Source: a virus
Virus record (IMG/VR): IMGVR_UViG_3300027895_000070
Coordinates: 435-64,434 of that record
Length of the DNA stretch: 64,000 nucleotides
Direction: 5' to 3' (one strand)
Positions 9,839 through 18,195 of this stretch are shown piece by piece; position 1 is the first letter of the stretch; every line of letters begins with the position of its first letter. A model generated the notes under the pieces. The model had not been told where the DNA came from, searched no databases, and was given only the letters and a program-made list of their open reading frames with translations. Position numbers and translations under genes: made by a program.

Positions 9839-10171
9839 TCATTCCGCCTTCTCCCCGTCCAGTTTCGCCAGCGAATCGAGAATGCTGGCGGCGGGTTCCA
9901 TCGCCCGGCATTTTTCGTAAAAAGCGATGAGCTCAGGATCAATCTTATCGCCTCTCACGGATTCCTTCATCAGCCGCTTTTCGCCGCTGCGGATTTCCAT
10001 AATGAACTCGTGGCGATCTTTCGCGCCGCGGTTCTTCAGGATGATGGAGAAAGAATGGCCGTCGTGAGTGGCTTCCAACTTCCGGCTTTCTCCGGGCTTC
10101 CACTTCAACTTGTCCGCATCCGTCAACGCGACGAGCTTTTCGAGAATTCTGCTTCCAGATTCGGTGAACAT
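9839..10171 (-). CDS. Hypothetical protein
   Basis: 110-aa ORF, RBS upstream. Confidence 0.55.
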   Translation of the reverse strand: MFTESGSRILEKLVALTDADKLKWKPGESRKLEATHDGHSFSIILKNRGAKDRHEFIMEIRSGEKRLMKESVRGDKIDPELIAFYEKCRAMEPAASILDSLAKLDGEKAE

Positions 10172-10186
10172 TGGATTCCTTTCAAA

Positions 10187-10279
10187 AACCGCAAACCCCG
10201 CGCGACCGCAACGTAAACTCTTGCAAGCCGCGAACCGCCCGGAATGGAGTCGAGAGGCGGCTATGGACGGGGTGCGGTT
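10187..10279 (-). other. Intergenic multi-stem RNA structure / terminator candidate
   Basis: Outer arms AACCGCACCCCG and CGGGGTTTGCGGTT enclose inner hairpins; followed by a U-run on the - strand. Confidence 0.4.
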
Positions 10280-10288
10280 ATTTTGTTG

Positions 10289-10831
10289 CTATGATCCTAC
10301 CGCCGTTCCATCATCAATCCACGTGAATTGCGGTTGATTATCGACGGTCAGGTCGAAATGGGTTCCGCAACTGCAACAGAACGTCCCCGAATAAAACTTC
10401 GGATCGCGGGCGTAGGTCTCCGCCAATTTTTGTCCCATTGATGTAACGTGGCCGCATTTGACGTGCCGATAAGATCGGCGAACGGGCCGTACAAATCCCT
10501 TGGCCCGCTCTTGATCGCATAATACGACATATTCCTTTTGCATCCCTGTCGCGGGGTCGATTTCACGGTGATCTGGCGTCACTGGCGATCCATCGGTTAG
10601 TATTTGGCAAGAGCGGTCAACGGGAATTGCCTCGGCAGCCTTCCGCCGCTCCGCTTCCTGTTTCATCCTGATGTTGTTCGCGGCTTCAGATGCAGCAGAT
10701 AAAAGCAATTCGGCGACATGCCTCGCCTCGTCTGGCATGAATGAGAAGGGGGCATTATTGCGCACTTGGACCATCACGTCGTTTCGGTCGCTTACAAAAA
10801 CAGCGACATTTAATTTCGTCTCATCGCTCAT
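10289..10831 (-). CDS. Hypothetical phage protein with C-terminal Cys/His cluster
   Basis: HVKCGHVT...YSGTFCCSCGTHF suggests a zinc-binding domain. Confidence 0.7.
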   Translation of the reverse strand: MSDETKLNVAVFVSDRNDVMVQVRNNAPFSFMPDEARHVAELLLSAASEAANNIRMKQEAERRKAAEAIPVDRSCQILTDGSPVTPDHREIDPATGMQKEYVVLCDQERAKGFVRPVRRSYRHVKCGHVTSMGQKLAETYARDPKFYSGTFCCSCGTHFDLTVDNQPQFTWIDDGTAVGS

Positions 10832-11073
10832 GCTGGTAATCCGCCTTCCTGTTTGGCAAACCGTTCGCCTTCTTCCATGGATACGATTCTTAACTCGATC
10901 CCAGCCACCGTTTCCTTCATCGTGATCGCCACATTATCCGCGCCGAGCTTCATGACCTCATCCAGTGTGATGGTGGTCTGTTTGCCGGGAATTCGATTCA
11001 CGAGCATCGCGGCGATTTTGTGCCAATGATCGTGCATCTTGCTGGTCGTCGGGTGATTGGGGTTAAGTTCCAT
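10828..11073 (-). CDS. Hypothetical protein
   Basis: 81 aa, 4-bp overlap with the next gene. Confidence 0.6.
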   Translation of the reverse strand: MELNPNHPTTSKMHDHWHKIAAMLVNRIPGKQTTITLDEVMKLGADNVAITMKETVAGIELRIVSMEEGERFAKQEGGLPA

Positions 11074-11091
11074 AATTGTACTCCTAAAAAG

Positions 11092-11301
11092 CTATTCCGT
11101 TGCCATCAATCTCGCCTCAAACAAGTCCGCCTCTTCCGAGAACCACGCATCAATCCGATCCCTCGCAATCTGTGCGACCTCCGCCTTCGTCCTCCCCCAC
11201 TGCGTACAGGCGTGGTATCCGTTGAACTGCCAGTGTGCGCGGAAGCCGCTGCCGTCCATGCGGATGCTGATTTGGAAGGTGCGGTAGGTGAAGGAGGTCA
11301 T
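11092..11301 (-). CDS. Hypothetical protein
   Basis: 69 aa, 4-bp overlap with the upstream gene. Confidence 0.55.
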   Translation of the reverse strand: MTSFTYRTFQISIRMDGSGFRAHWQFNGYHACTQWGRTKAEVAQIARDRIDAWFSEEADLFEARLMATE

Positions 11302-11726
11302 AGCGGCACGAATTCCTGTAAAAGCTCATCGAACGTCGTGAATAGTTTGTCGCACATTAGGTACATCAAATCGGCTTCGATGGGTTCGATTTCAAGGATG
11401 TAGGTTTTTTTTCCAGCGCCAGCCGCCCATCCAAGTTCAAGATGGGCCGAACGCCCACACGGAAGCACGAGAACGCACGCCTCGCATTTGCGGAGCGCAT
11501 CCATATCGCTCTTGAATCCCGCTTGTGCAATAGGATGCTTCAACGCCTCACGATGCTCCTCCGGCGTCCATGCCATCCAATTCGGATCGATGGATTTCCA
11601 AGAAAAACCGTTGTCGTTTGGTCGGGGTTTTTTGAAGTCGTAAACCTCATAACCGACAGCGCGAAGCGTATGGACAACGTTTTGCTGCAAAATGTTTCGC
11701 CATGACGATGCCACATAAATTTTCAT
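11298..11726 (-). CDS. Nucleoside 2-deoxyribosyltransferase-like protein
   Basis: KIYVASSW, D-M-D-A-L..C-E and GRSAHLELGWA match the NDT/Rcl-type fold with catalytic Glu. Confidence 0.75.
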   Translation of the reverse strand: MKIYVASSWRNILQQNVVHTLRAVGYEVYDFKKPRPNDNGFSWKSIDPNWMAWTPEEHREALKHPIAQAGFKSDMDALRKCEACVLVLPCGRSAHLELGWAAGAGKKTYILEIEPIEADLMYLMCDKLFTTFDELLQEFVPL

Positions 11727-11779
11727 ATTCAACTCCACAATCCCCCGCCGTCGATCATCTCCCAAACGGGAAGCTTCGA

Positions 11780-12274
11780 TTAGAATGGTATATCCTGATC
11801 CGTAAATGTAGGAGCCTCCCCCGAAATCGGATCGGCCGCCTTTGGATTTGCGGTCTTAGGTGGCGCTGATTTTGGTTTCGGCGCAACCGATCCTTCTTCC
11901 AGTGGAATATAATCTGCAATCACGCTCTTTGGCGGATATCCATCCTTCTCCGGCTGGGTCCGCACCTTGCATTTTCCGCTCTTGCCGTCGCAATCGAATG
12001 AATCGAAATCGCCGGATTCGTAGCGGCTTCCAAGCCCGACCGCGTAGGCGAAGTGACGAATCTTGAAGGCCATCGCATCCACGGCTACGAGATAGTCGTA
12101 GATGATGATGCTGGTTCCTTCCCTGTCAAAAACCTCCAGCATCAATTTAATCATTTCGTTGCCGCTGGTTTTGCTCGTTTCGTCGGTGGCGGATTTGACC
12201 GTGAAGTCGCATTCGCCGGGGATGAGAAGTTTGGTTTGACTGACCTCTTTTTCGGTTTTCGGGGAAAATTTCAT
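11780..12274 (-). CDS. DUF669-like single-stranded DNA-binding protein
   Basis: LIPGECDF...GNEMIKLMLEV pattern; acidic C-terminal DIPF tail; follows an AAA ATPase gene. Confidence 0.7.
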   Translation of the reverse strand: MKFSPKTEKEVSQTKLLIPGECDFTVKSATDETSKTSGNEMIKLMLEVFDREGTSIIIYDYLVAVDAMAFKIRHFAYAVGLGSRYESGDFDSFDCDGKSGKCKVRTQPEKDGYPPKSVIADYIPLEEGSVAPKPKSAPPKTANPKAADPISGEAPTFTDQDIPF

Positions 12275-12287
12275 TTTGGTTTTCCTT

Positions 12288-13184
12288 TCAAGCTGATTTC
12301 GCTGCGTTTGCCGGAATTCGGCTGGTTAAAAAGTCGATACACTTCTGAATGGTTTCGGTGTCCATCTCGTCGAACGTTTCGACACCTGCCTTCTCTTTCC
12401 ATTTGTCGGTAATGTCCGTTCCGACGTGCATCAGATCGATCAGGGTGTTAAGGCGATTGACCTGTTCGCCCGTCGCCGGGATGATCGGCGTCGATTCTGA
12501 TTCGATCGCATCTTGACCATACAGCTTCGCGAAGCTCGGATAGGACCAGTCGAATGTTGATCCATCCTCGAATTCCTTGAGCCGTGTTTTTGTGACGCGG
12601 GCTTTGCGTGAGTTTCCCTGCTTCGTAATTTGCAATGCCAAATGCAATTCATATTCCAGTTTTTCCCATCCGTCGAACGTCTGCCCGGTAACCTCGCCTT
12701 TAGTCCATTGATCTTTCTGGTGGCAAATGAGGATGACATTCATATCGAGCTTGTCGATCCAGCGGACCAACTTCCGGGTCAGGGAAATTGCCTCTTTTTT
12801 CTCGATGCTAAACTCGACCTTTTTATTCGCCGCCAGCATCTTCTCTTCGGTATTGCCGATATGGGTTCCGAACAGCTTGCTAAAGCTATCGATCACCAGC
12901 GTTTTGTAGGGGTGTTTTGTGGTCGCCAGCGTAATAACTTCCTCAATTACCGCATTGAAATCGAGTGAACCGTCTTCGCGCCCGAAATACGCTCCACCAG
13001 CCTTCTTCAGTTTGTCGGTATAGTGTTCTAGGTCTGCTCCGCCCTCGGTATCGATGTAGTAGACCAGCGGGAAATCGATGGAATTCCAAGTCTTGCCGAC
13101 ACCGCTTTTCCCAAAGATGAGTATCTTTGGTCGGGATGGCTTTGCTGATTTTGGATCGCCTCCCTTAAGTTTTCGTTCTGCCAT
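12288..13184 (-). CDS. AAA_24-type ATPase (Sak4-like recombinase)
   Basis: KILIFGKSGVGKT, IDTEGG and TLVIDSFS; adjacent to the SSB-like gene. Confidence 0.85.
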   Translation of the reverse strand: MAERKLKGGDPKSAKPSRPKILIFGKSGVGKTWNSIDFPLVYYIDTEGGADLEHYTDKLKKAGGAYFGREDGSLDFNAVIEEVITLATTKHPYKTLVIDSFSKLFGTHIGNTEEKMLAANKKVEFSIEKKEAISLTRKLVRWIDKLDMNVILICHQKDQWTKGEVTGQTFDGWEKLEYELHLALQITKQGNSRKARVTKTRLKEFEDGSTFDWSYPSFAKLYGQDAIESESTPIIPATGEQVNRLNTLIDLMHVGTDITDKWKEKAGVETFDEMDTETIQKCIDFLTSRIPANAAKSA

Positions 13185-13514
13185 TTGCGTGTCTCCATTC
13201 CGGCTATCTTTTAATCGGGTCCGTCAATCGCGCCGGAGACGATTGGTATCCCGTGAATTTATTGTTTCATTTCTTCCCCCGCCGTCGAGGGAGAGGGGAG
13301 AGAAAGCGATTCGATTAATGCATTCAATTCTGCCCACAACTTGCGAACCGGCTTGCCGTTTTTCATGTGCTTTAAAAGCAGTGAGCGCTCCCGCATCTAT
13401 TTGTGCCTTCTGTATTTTGGTTGTATTTTTCCGGCGTCCGAATAATCTGATTGACAGCTTGCCGCACAAGCTCTGCCCCTCGCGGGCGGCAGATTTTCTT
13501 TTGGGTAAAGGTTT

Positions 13515-13697
13515 TCATTCGGATTCTCCGGAGAGCGATTTCTTGCAATCTTCGATGCTGTCAAACAAGTCGCCCTTGCTTTTTTGCGTGTAATACCTCC
13601 ATTTGTCGCCTTCTGACTTAATATGGCCGACCAAGCGGTTGTCCAGTTTTACAGCAATCGAAGTCGGGGAAATCGTTTTGTATGTGATCTCATTCAT
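13515..13697 (-). CDS. Hypothetical protein
   Basis: 60-aa ORF (MNEITYK...) with AAGG upstream. Confidence 0.5.
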   Translation of the reverse strand: MNEITYKTISPTSIAVKLDNRLVGHIKSEGDKWRYYTQKSKGDLFDSIEDCKKSLSGESE

Positions 13698-13728
13698 CGC
13701 CGCATTCCTTTCGCATTTAAACGGTTGT

Positions 13729-13890
13729 CTAGATCGGTATGATGACCGATGTTTTCCCGGATTTATCCGCGATCTTTTCGATACATTCGCGCGAACAAGC
13801 GGACTGAATTCCATCGTCGTCACTTCGTTCAAACCATTTACTCGGCTTGAACCAATTGCCGCATCCGTCGCATATGATTTCTGCTGCCAT
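13729..13890 (-). CDS. Small Cys-containing hypothetical protein
   Basis: Manual translation MAAEIICDGCG...SACSRECIEK; TAATG coupling with the HTH gene. Confidence 0.5.
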   Translation of the reverse strand: MAAEIICDGCGNWFKPSKWFERSDDDGIQSACSRECIEKIADKSGKTSVIIPI

Positions 13891-14078
13891 TATCGCTTCC
13901 TTTTCCTGCCGTCCGGGCGTCGCGTGGCGGCAATCACATCCGCCCTCTTAATGCAGTAGCTGTTCCCAATCCGCTCGGCAGGAAGTATTTTGCGGCGAAT
14001 CAGGTTCCCGACTTGCTGCCGGGTCCGATCCAAAATCTTCCCCGCCTCTTCCGTCGATAAAAGTTTGTGATTGTTCAC
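13890..14078 (-). CDS. Excisionase/MerR-like helix-turn-helix protein
   Basis: LLSTEEAGKILDRTRQQVGNLIRRKILPAERIGNSYCI; GTG at 14078 lies just after a -10 box. Confidence 0.75.
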   Translation of the reverse strand: MNNHKLLSTEEAGKILDRTRQQVGNLIRRKILPAERIGNSYCIKRADVIAATRRPDGRKRKR

Positions 14079-14086
14079 GCGAGAAT

Positions 14087-14158
14087 AGCTTAGCGGGGAA
14101 TTCTGTTGTGTCAAGCGGAAAATTTTCCGCTTGACACAAAGAAATTCCCCGCTAAGCT
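14087..14158. promoter_or_regulatory. 72-bp near-perfect inverted repeat forming two mirror-image divergent promoters
   Basis: Perfect 34-bp core TTGTGTCAAGCGGAAAA|TTTTCCGCTTGACACAA; each arm reads TTGACA-16 bp-TAAGCT outward. Confidence 0.85.
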
Positions 14159-14166
14159 GTTCCACA

Positions 14167-14376
14167 ATGAAAGCGAAAATCTGCGTTAGCGAATGGCGAA
14201 CAATAAAAGTTTGCCAAAGTCATCCCGGAAAGAACACATTTACGACGATCACGCAGACGGGAAAATATCATGCGCACGAAATGTCTTTTACCGAAAAGGA
14301 ATTGATGTGGCTTGTTCCGATACTCATATCGCGGACGAACGAATTGCGGGAATGGTTCGCGGAAAACAAACCATGA
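14167..14376 (+). CDS. Hypothetical protein
   Basis: ATG 8 nt after the -10 box; 4-bp overlap with the next gene. Confidence 0.55.
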   Translation: MKAKICVSEWRTIKVCQSHPGKNTFTTITQTGKYHAHEMSFTEKELMWLVPILISRTNELREWFAENKP

Positions 14377-14810
14377 TGACCTCTTGGGACGCAATCTCCC
14401 TCGCGAAGCAGGCGTATGGCCCGCAAGGCTCCGCTTGGACCGTCCGCCACGAGCCGAGAATCGCAAAGAATATCCCTACGCTGCTTCATATTTCGTTGGC
14501 GACTATTCCCGAGCGAGTCTTGCCGCGCTCGCTGCGGCGGAAGGGAAGAAAAAAGATGGCGATTAACTCTCTGCTTTCCGCGTTCGAATGTCCGCGTTGC
14601 AAGGGCGATACTGGCGATGACAATGACCGGCGAATCGCAATGATCGATTCGCGCCCATCGAAAAACAATACCATCCGCCGCCGTTTTCGATGCACCTGCG
14701 GATTCCGCTTCACGACGCGGGAGGTAATAAGCCTCAGTGTCGCGGATAAAGAATTCATCGCCTTCCGCAATAACTCGCGGCTGGCGGAAGCGGGAGATTA
14801 CGTCATATGA
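14373..14810 (+). CDS. Protein with NrdR-like N-terminal-type zinc ribbon
   Basis: CPRC...IDSRPSKNNTIRRRFRCTCGFRFTTRE matches the NrdR zinc-ribbon pattern; no ATP-cone follows. The start may be 14556. Confidence 0.6.
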   Translation: MMTSWDAISLAKQAYGPQGSAWTVRHEPRIAKNIPTLLHISLATIPERVLPRSLRRKGRKKMAINSLLSAFECPRCKGDTGDDNDRRIAMIDSRPSKNNTIRRRFRCTCGFRFTTREVISLSVADKEFIAFRNNSRLAEAGDYVI

Positions 14811-14947
14811 CAACGAATCTCACCGTTCTCGGCCTCGCGGCTATTCATGGGGACAAGGGCGGCGAAAATCCTTGGGTATTCGTTTACGAATTTATGAGGA
14901 CTAAATGACCCCCTCCCCCGACCCAATCCGAACAAGGAAACTCCGAT

Positions 14948-15316
14948 ATGAGCGAGCTCCTTTTTTCACATCTTCGAGAAATGAACCTGATACGCTCGGC
15001 GCGTTGGCACAAAGGCGGATTGGATGAATGGAGCGTCAACGATTGGCTCACGGCGTTTGCCGGCGAAGCCGGTGAGGCTTGCGATGCAGGCAAGAAACAT
15101 CGACGCATATTGAGTGGAATTCAGCAACACGGAAATACCCCGGCAGATTTGAACGATGCCGAAGAAAAAATCATGGACGAACTTGCGGATTCCGTCATTT
15201 ATGCCGATCTCACTGCGACTCGAATGGGGCGGTCTTTGGCCGATGCGATCATTCGCAAGTTCAACGCCATCAGCGAGCGAGAGGGATTTCCGGAAAGGCT
15301 TATCAGTGCCGGATAA
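14948..15316 (+). CDS. MazG-like nucleotide pyrophosphohydrolase
   Basis: AGEAGEACD...K and DELAD acidic motifs of the all-alpha NTP-PPase fold. Confidence 0.75.
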   Translation: MSELLFSHLREMNLIRSARWHKGGLDEWSVNDWLTAFAGEAGEACDAGKKHRRILSGIQQHGNTPADLNDAEEKIMDELADSVIYADLTATRMGRSLADAIIRKFNAISEREGFPERLISAG

Positions 15317-15345
15317 TGACCCAATCCGCTCCGCCGCGAGGTAAT

Positions 15346-15942
15346 ATGCGAGTCTTGATCGCCTGCGAATTTTCGGGAATTGTTCGCGACGAGTTCGCGA
15401 AACGCGGCCATGAAGCGTATTCGTGCGATCTTTTACCAAGCGAGCGATCCGGCAAGCACATCATCGGCAAATTTCAATCGGTGATTCAGGAGAGTTGGGA
15501 TTTCATCGGATTTCATTACGAATGCCGCGTAATGGCGAATTCGGGCGTCCAATGGCTTCACACAACTCCGGGCCGGTGGGACGAATTACGAGAAGCGGCG
15601 GACGTTTTCAATGTCACGCTTCGAGATTCGCGGCTAGGGTATTCGGAGAATAGTATAATGCACTGCCACGCAAAAAAGTTGATCGACCGCGAACAGGACC
15701 AAGTTGTGCAGCCGTGGCATTTCGGTGTGCCGCGATTCAAGGCGACGTGTTTGTGGCTGCGGAATATTCCGAGGCTTGCTCGCACGAACGTCCTGACACC
15801 GCCAGCCAAGGGAACAGAAGAGCACAAGCGGTGGTCTGCCGTTCATCGCTGCCCCCCGGGCAAGGATCGATGGAAAGAGCGTAGCCGGACCTTTGCGGGT
15901 GTTGCCATCGCAATGGCAGAACAGTGGGGTAATTATGCCTGA
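15346..15942 (+). CDS. Phage DNA cytosine methyltransferase-like protein
   Basis: MRVLIACEFSGIVRDEF...SCDLLP, QPWHFG, KATCLWL and RSRTFAGVAIAMAEQW, typical of short phage C5-MTase-like proteins. The catalytic PC motif is not evident. Confidence 0.65.
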   Translation: MRVLIACEFSGIVRDEFAKRGHEAYSCDLLPSERSGKHIIGKFQSVIQESWDFIGFHYECRVMANSGVQWLHTTPGRWDELREAADVFNVTLRDSRLGYSENSIMHCHAKKLIDREQDQVVQPWHFGVPRFKATCLWLRNIPRLARTNVLTPPAKGTEEHKRWSAVHRCPPGKDRWKERSRTFAGVAIAMAEQWGNYA

Positions 15943-15984
15943 AAATGATGCTATTCGCTCCGCCGCCTTCGACCTGCTGAAAGC

Positions 15985-16446
15985 GTGGGAACCATGACAA
16001 TCACCCATATCAATTCGATTCCTCCCCGTAATGGCATACATCCTTTGAGGGTTGAGGGGAACAAAGATAGCTATCTGGCTACGGCGTTCTTCGCTTGCGA
16101 TGGGAGAGTCGAGGAAATCGGAATCCGGCTCGATTTCGGAAAGGCAATTCTTTTCCCCCAAGACTTCATCGACAGCGAAATAACGATTTCGGACGATGAT
16201 CGACAATACTTTTTTGATCGGATCGCCGCTATCGTTAGCGGGAACAAGGCTGTCGATCCTGTTAGAAGGGCAGCGTTTGATTTGCTTGGAGCGTGGGATA
16301 GGTTCGACAACCTCGACACCGCGAAGGGCGTGGCGATGCCGATGGAATCCACCCGCCGCACCCGCGCCGAAGAAAGGTTCAAGCGGATCGTCCGCAAGGC
16401 GAGGGAGTTGGAAGAGGCGGCGAGGAAGAATGCGGATGTGAGTTGA
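15985..16446 (+). CDS. Hypothetical protein
   Basis: 153-aa ORF. Confidence 0.55.
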   Translation: MGTMTITHINSIPPRNGIHPLRVEGNKDSYLATAFFACDGRVEEIGIRLDFGKAILFPQDFIDSEITISDDDRQYFFDRIAAIVSGNKAVDPVRRAAFDLLGAWDRFDNLDTAKGVAMPMESTRRTRAEERFKRIVRKARELEEAARKNADVS

Positions 16447-16448
16447 AA

Positions 16449-17408
16449 ATGGAACACGCCAAACTTTGGAAGCGGATTTTGAATGAGGGATTAACGGTGG
16501 AAGCGTATGCCGTAGATTGTCCGGTCTTATTGGCAATTGCCCACATTTGTGAACAAAACAACATGGCGAACGCAATTCCTTATTTTGTGAATAGAATTGT
16601 CATGGCCCCCATTATCGTCGTTCCATGGCATTCTGATTTAGAGGGAGATGTCGAGAAAATTTCTCCAGCGGACCTGGAGAGGTTCACAATCGCATTGCCA
16701 TTCGACGAATTCTACATGGAATTTGTTCGCGGCAATCAGCATGAGGGTATGTATATTGCGGCGACCGATCAAGAAAATGAAGCGAGGCGGGTTCACGCCA
16801 TCGTCATACGAATCGTCAATGATCGCGTGTCGGCGCAATGCTTTTTTTCATTCCTCTTGGACAAAGGCGGAAAATATTGCGGCGACTATCGAATATCCAA
16901 GATGACTCGCGACGGTTTTTTGGCGGATAAGGAATTCGGTAATCCTGAAATATGCTCTGTGCAGGAGTATGCAATATTGAGGGAAAAGCTATTGAGGGCA
17001 GAGAGCGAACTTGACACCTCTCTTGAAAAGCTAACTGTTATTTTCGCCGGAGTGCTGCTGACCTGCCTTTCACTTCTATCGTGCAAAAACATTGAACTTT
17101 CGGCCAAGACTTTGGATGAAAAAACAATTCGTCGCGCAGCAAAACGCACTATGCGAGATGCCAGCTACTTCCGTTATCACACCTTGGTCGTGAAGCCGCC
17201 CGGGGCTAAATCCACTTCGCCCGGAGTTGAAATCGACGTGATGCCATTCCATAAATGCCGTGGTCACTTCGCGGAGTATGGCCCCGAATTCAATAAAGGA
17301 CTTTTGTTTGGAAAATACGCCGGACGGTTTTATATGAGTCCGTGCGTCAAAGGGAAAAAGGAACACGGGCGAGTTGAGAAGGATTACGAGCTTCCGAACG
17401 TGAGTTGA
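16449..17408 (+). CDS. Hypothetical protein, 319 aa
   Basis: Long AT-richer ORF; basic C-terminus with HKCRGHF...LFGKY. Confidence 0.75.
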   Translation: MEHAKLWKRILNEGLTVEAYAVDCPVLLAIAHICEQNNMANAIPYFVNRIVMAPIIVVPWHSDLEGDVEKISPADLERFTIALPFDEFYMEFVRGNQHEGMYIAATDQENEARRVHAIVIRIVNDRVSAQCFFSFLLDKGGKYCGDYRISKMTRDGFLADKEFGNPEICSVQEYAILREKLLRAESELDTSLEKLTVIFAGVLLTCLSLLSCKNIELSAKTLDEKTIRRAAKRTMRDASYFRYHTLVVKPPGAKSTSPGVEIDVMPFHKCRGHFAEYGPEFNKGLLFGKYAGRFYMSPCVKGKKEHGRVEKDYELPNVS

Positions 17409-17453
17409 CTTCCCCCGCCCCCGCGATAGTTTTTTCGCGAGTCTGCGTCGTCC

Positions 17454-17487
17454 TCCCGGCGGTCTGTTTGACGCCGGGATTTTATTT
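17454..17487 (+). terminator. Intrinsic terminator between convergent genes
   Basis: TCCCGGCG-10 nt-CGCCGGGA followed by TTTTATTT. Confidence 0.6.
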
Positions 17488-17610
17488 GGGGTTCGCCTTT
17501 GGTCTACCGCCTCGCTTGCCGTTGTCCGCGCTGGACTTCGCCTTGCGTTTGCTGGTATGGCTTCCCACCCAGCCCATCACTTTTTTAACCTCTTCGGCGG
17601 TCGGCTTCAT
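17482..17610 (-). CDS. Small basic protein (KAKSSADNGKRGGRP motif)
   Basis: Manual translation, 42 aa; similar basic motif to the ORF at 27193. Confidence 0.55.
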   Translation of the reverse strand: MKPTAEEVKKVMGWVGSHTSKRKAKSSADNGKRGGRPKANPK

Positions 17611-17619
17611 GATCTCACT

Positions 17620-18120
17620 TTAGCAAAGAATGGGAAGAGAAACCAATCGGAAAGCCCCATCGGCGAATTTTGCGAGGCCGAGATTCGTGCGATATTTTGT
17701 TTGGCCCTTGTCCCAAGTGACCATGACGCAACAGCCATCCCAAGTTGCGCGACTCATGTAGCGGACAGTTCCCGTCAACCTCTCCATGTGGAATAACCTA
17801 TTCTCGGTAATTACGTATCCACGTCCCTCGCAGTTTTTGCAGTCTTTTCGGCGGCCAAAATCGCATGACGTGCATCTACCGCGAGTTTCGGAGCGATCCT
17901 CTATTTCCAGCCAAATAGCAAATCTGGTACTCTCCGGAAAGAATTTATTAACGTGGGCGCGCCTAGCATTCTGTCGGTTCGCATGCGCGGCTTTCGCGGC
18001 TTTTTGTTTAGCCGTCAATTCGTCTGGTTGTGTCCATCCCGCGTTTGGACTCAGGTCAATAGCCGGTGTGTTGACGGGCATATACCAAGGCACGTTTCGA
18101 TTATGATATTTATCGGACAT
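17620..18120 (-). CDS. Hypothetical protein with CxxC pairs
   Basis: CTSC...CKNCEGRG zinc-finger-like segment; GGAGG RBS. Confidence 0.6.
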   Translation of the reverse strand: MSDKYHNRNVPWYMPVNTPAIDLSPNAGWTQPDELTAKQKAAKAAHANRQNARRAHVNKFFPESTRFAIWLEIEDRSETRGRCTSCDFGRRKDCKNCEGRGYVITENRLFHMERLTGTVRYMSRATWDGCCVMVTWDKGQTKYRTNLGLAKFADGAFRLVSLPILC

Positions 18121-18139
18121 CTTTCCTCCAAAAGGCAAA

Positions 18140-18169
18140 GGTAAAAGACGCGGAGGATTAGTCCGCGTC
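18140..18169 (-). terminator. Intrinsic terminator after the DUF932 gene
   Basis: GACGCGGA/TCCGCGTC 8-bp stem followed by TTTT on the - strand. Confidence 0.55.
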
Positions 18170-18195
18170 GAGAGGCTCGAAATTGTCGATCCGAC

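Noticed and set aside
13890-14078. Excisionase marking an integration module
   Set aside because: No integrase or att core nearby; the HTH is better explained as regulator of the adjacent palindrome.
14807-14908. 33-codon ORF ending GENPWVFVYEF, like the tail of ASCH-related phage proteins
   Set aside because: Too short to support a call; at most a deletion remnant.
15634-16575. 313-aa - strand ORF
   Set aside because: Antisense shadow of + strand genes with no coherent domain.
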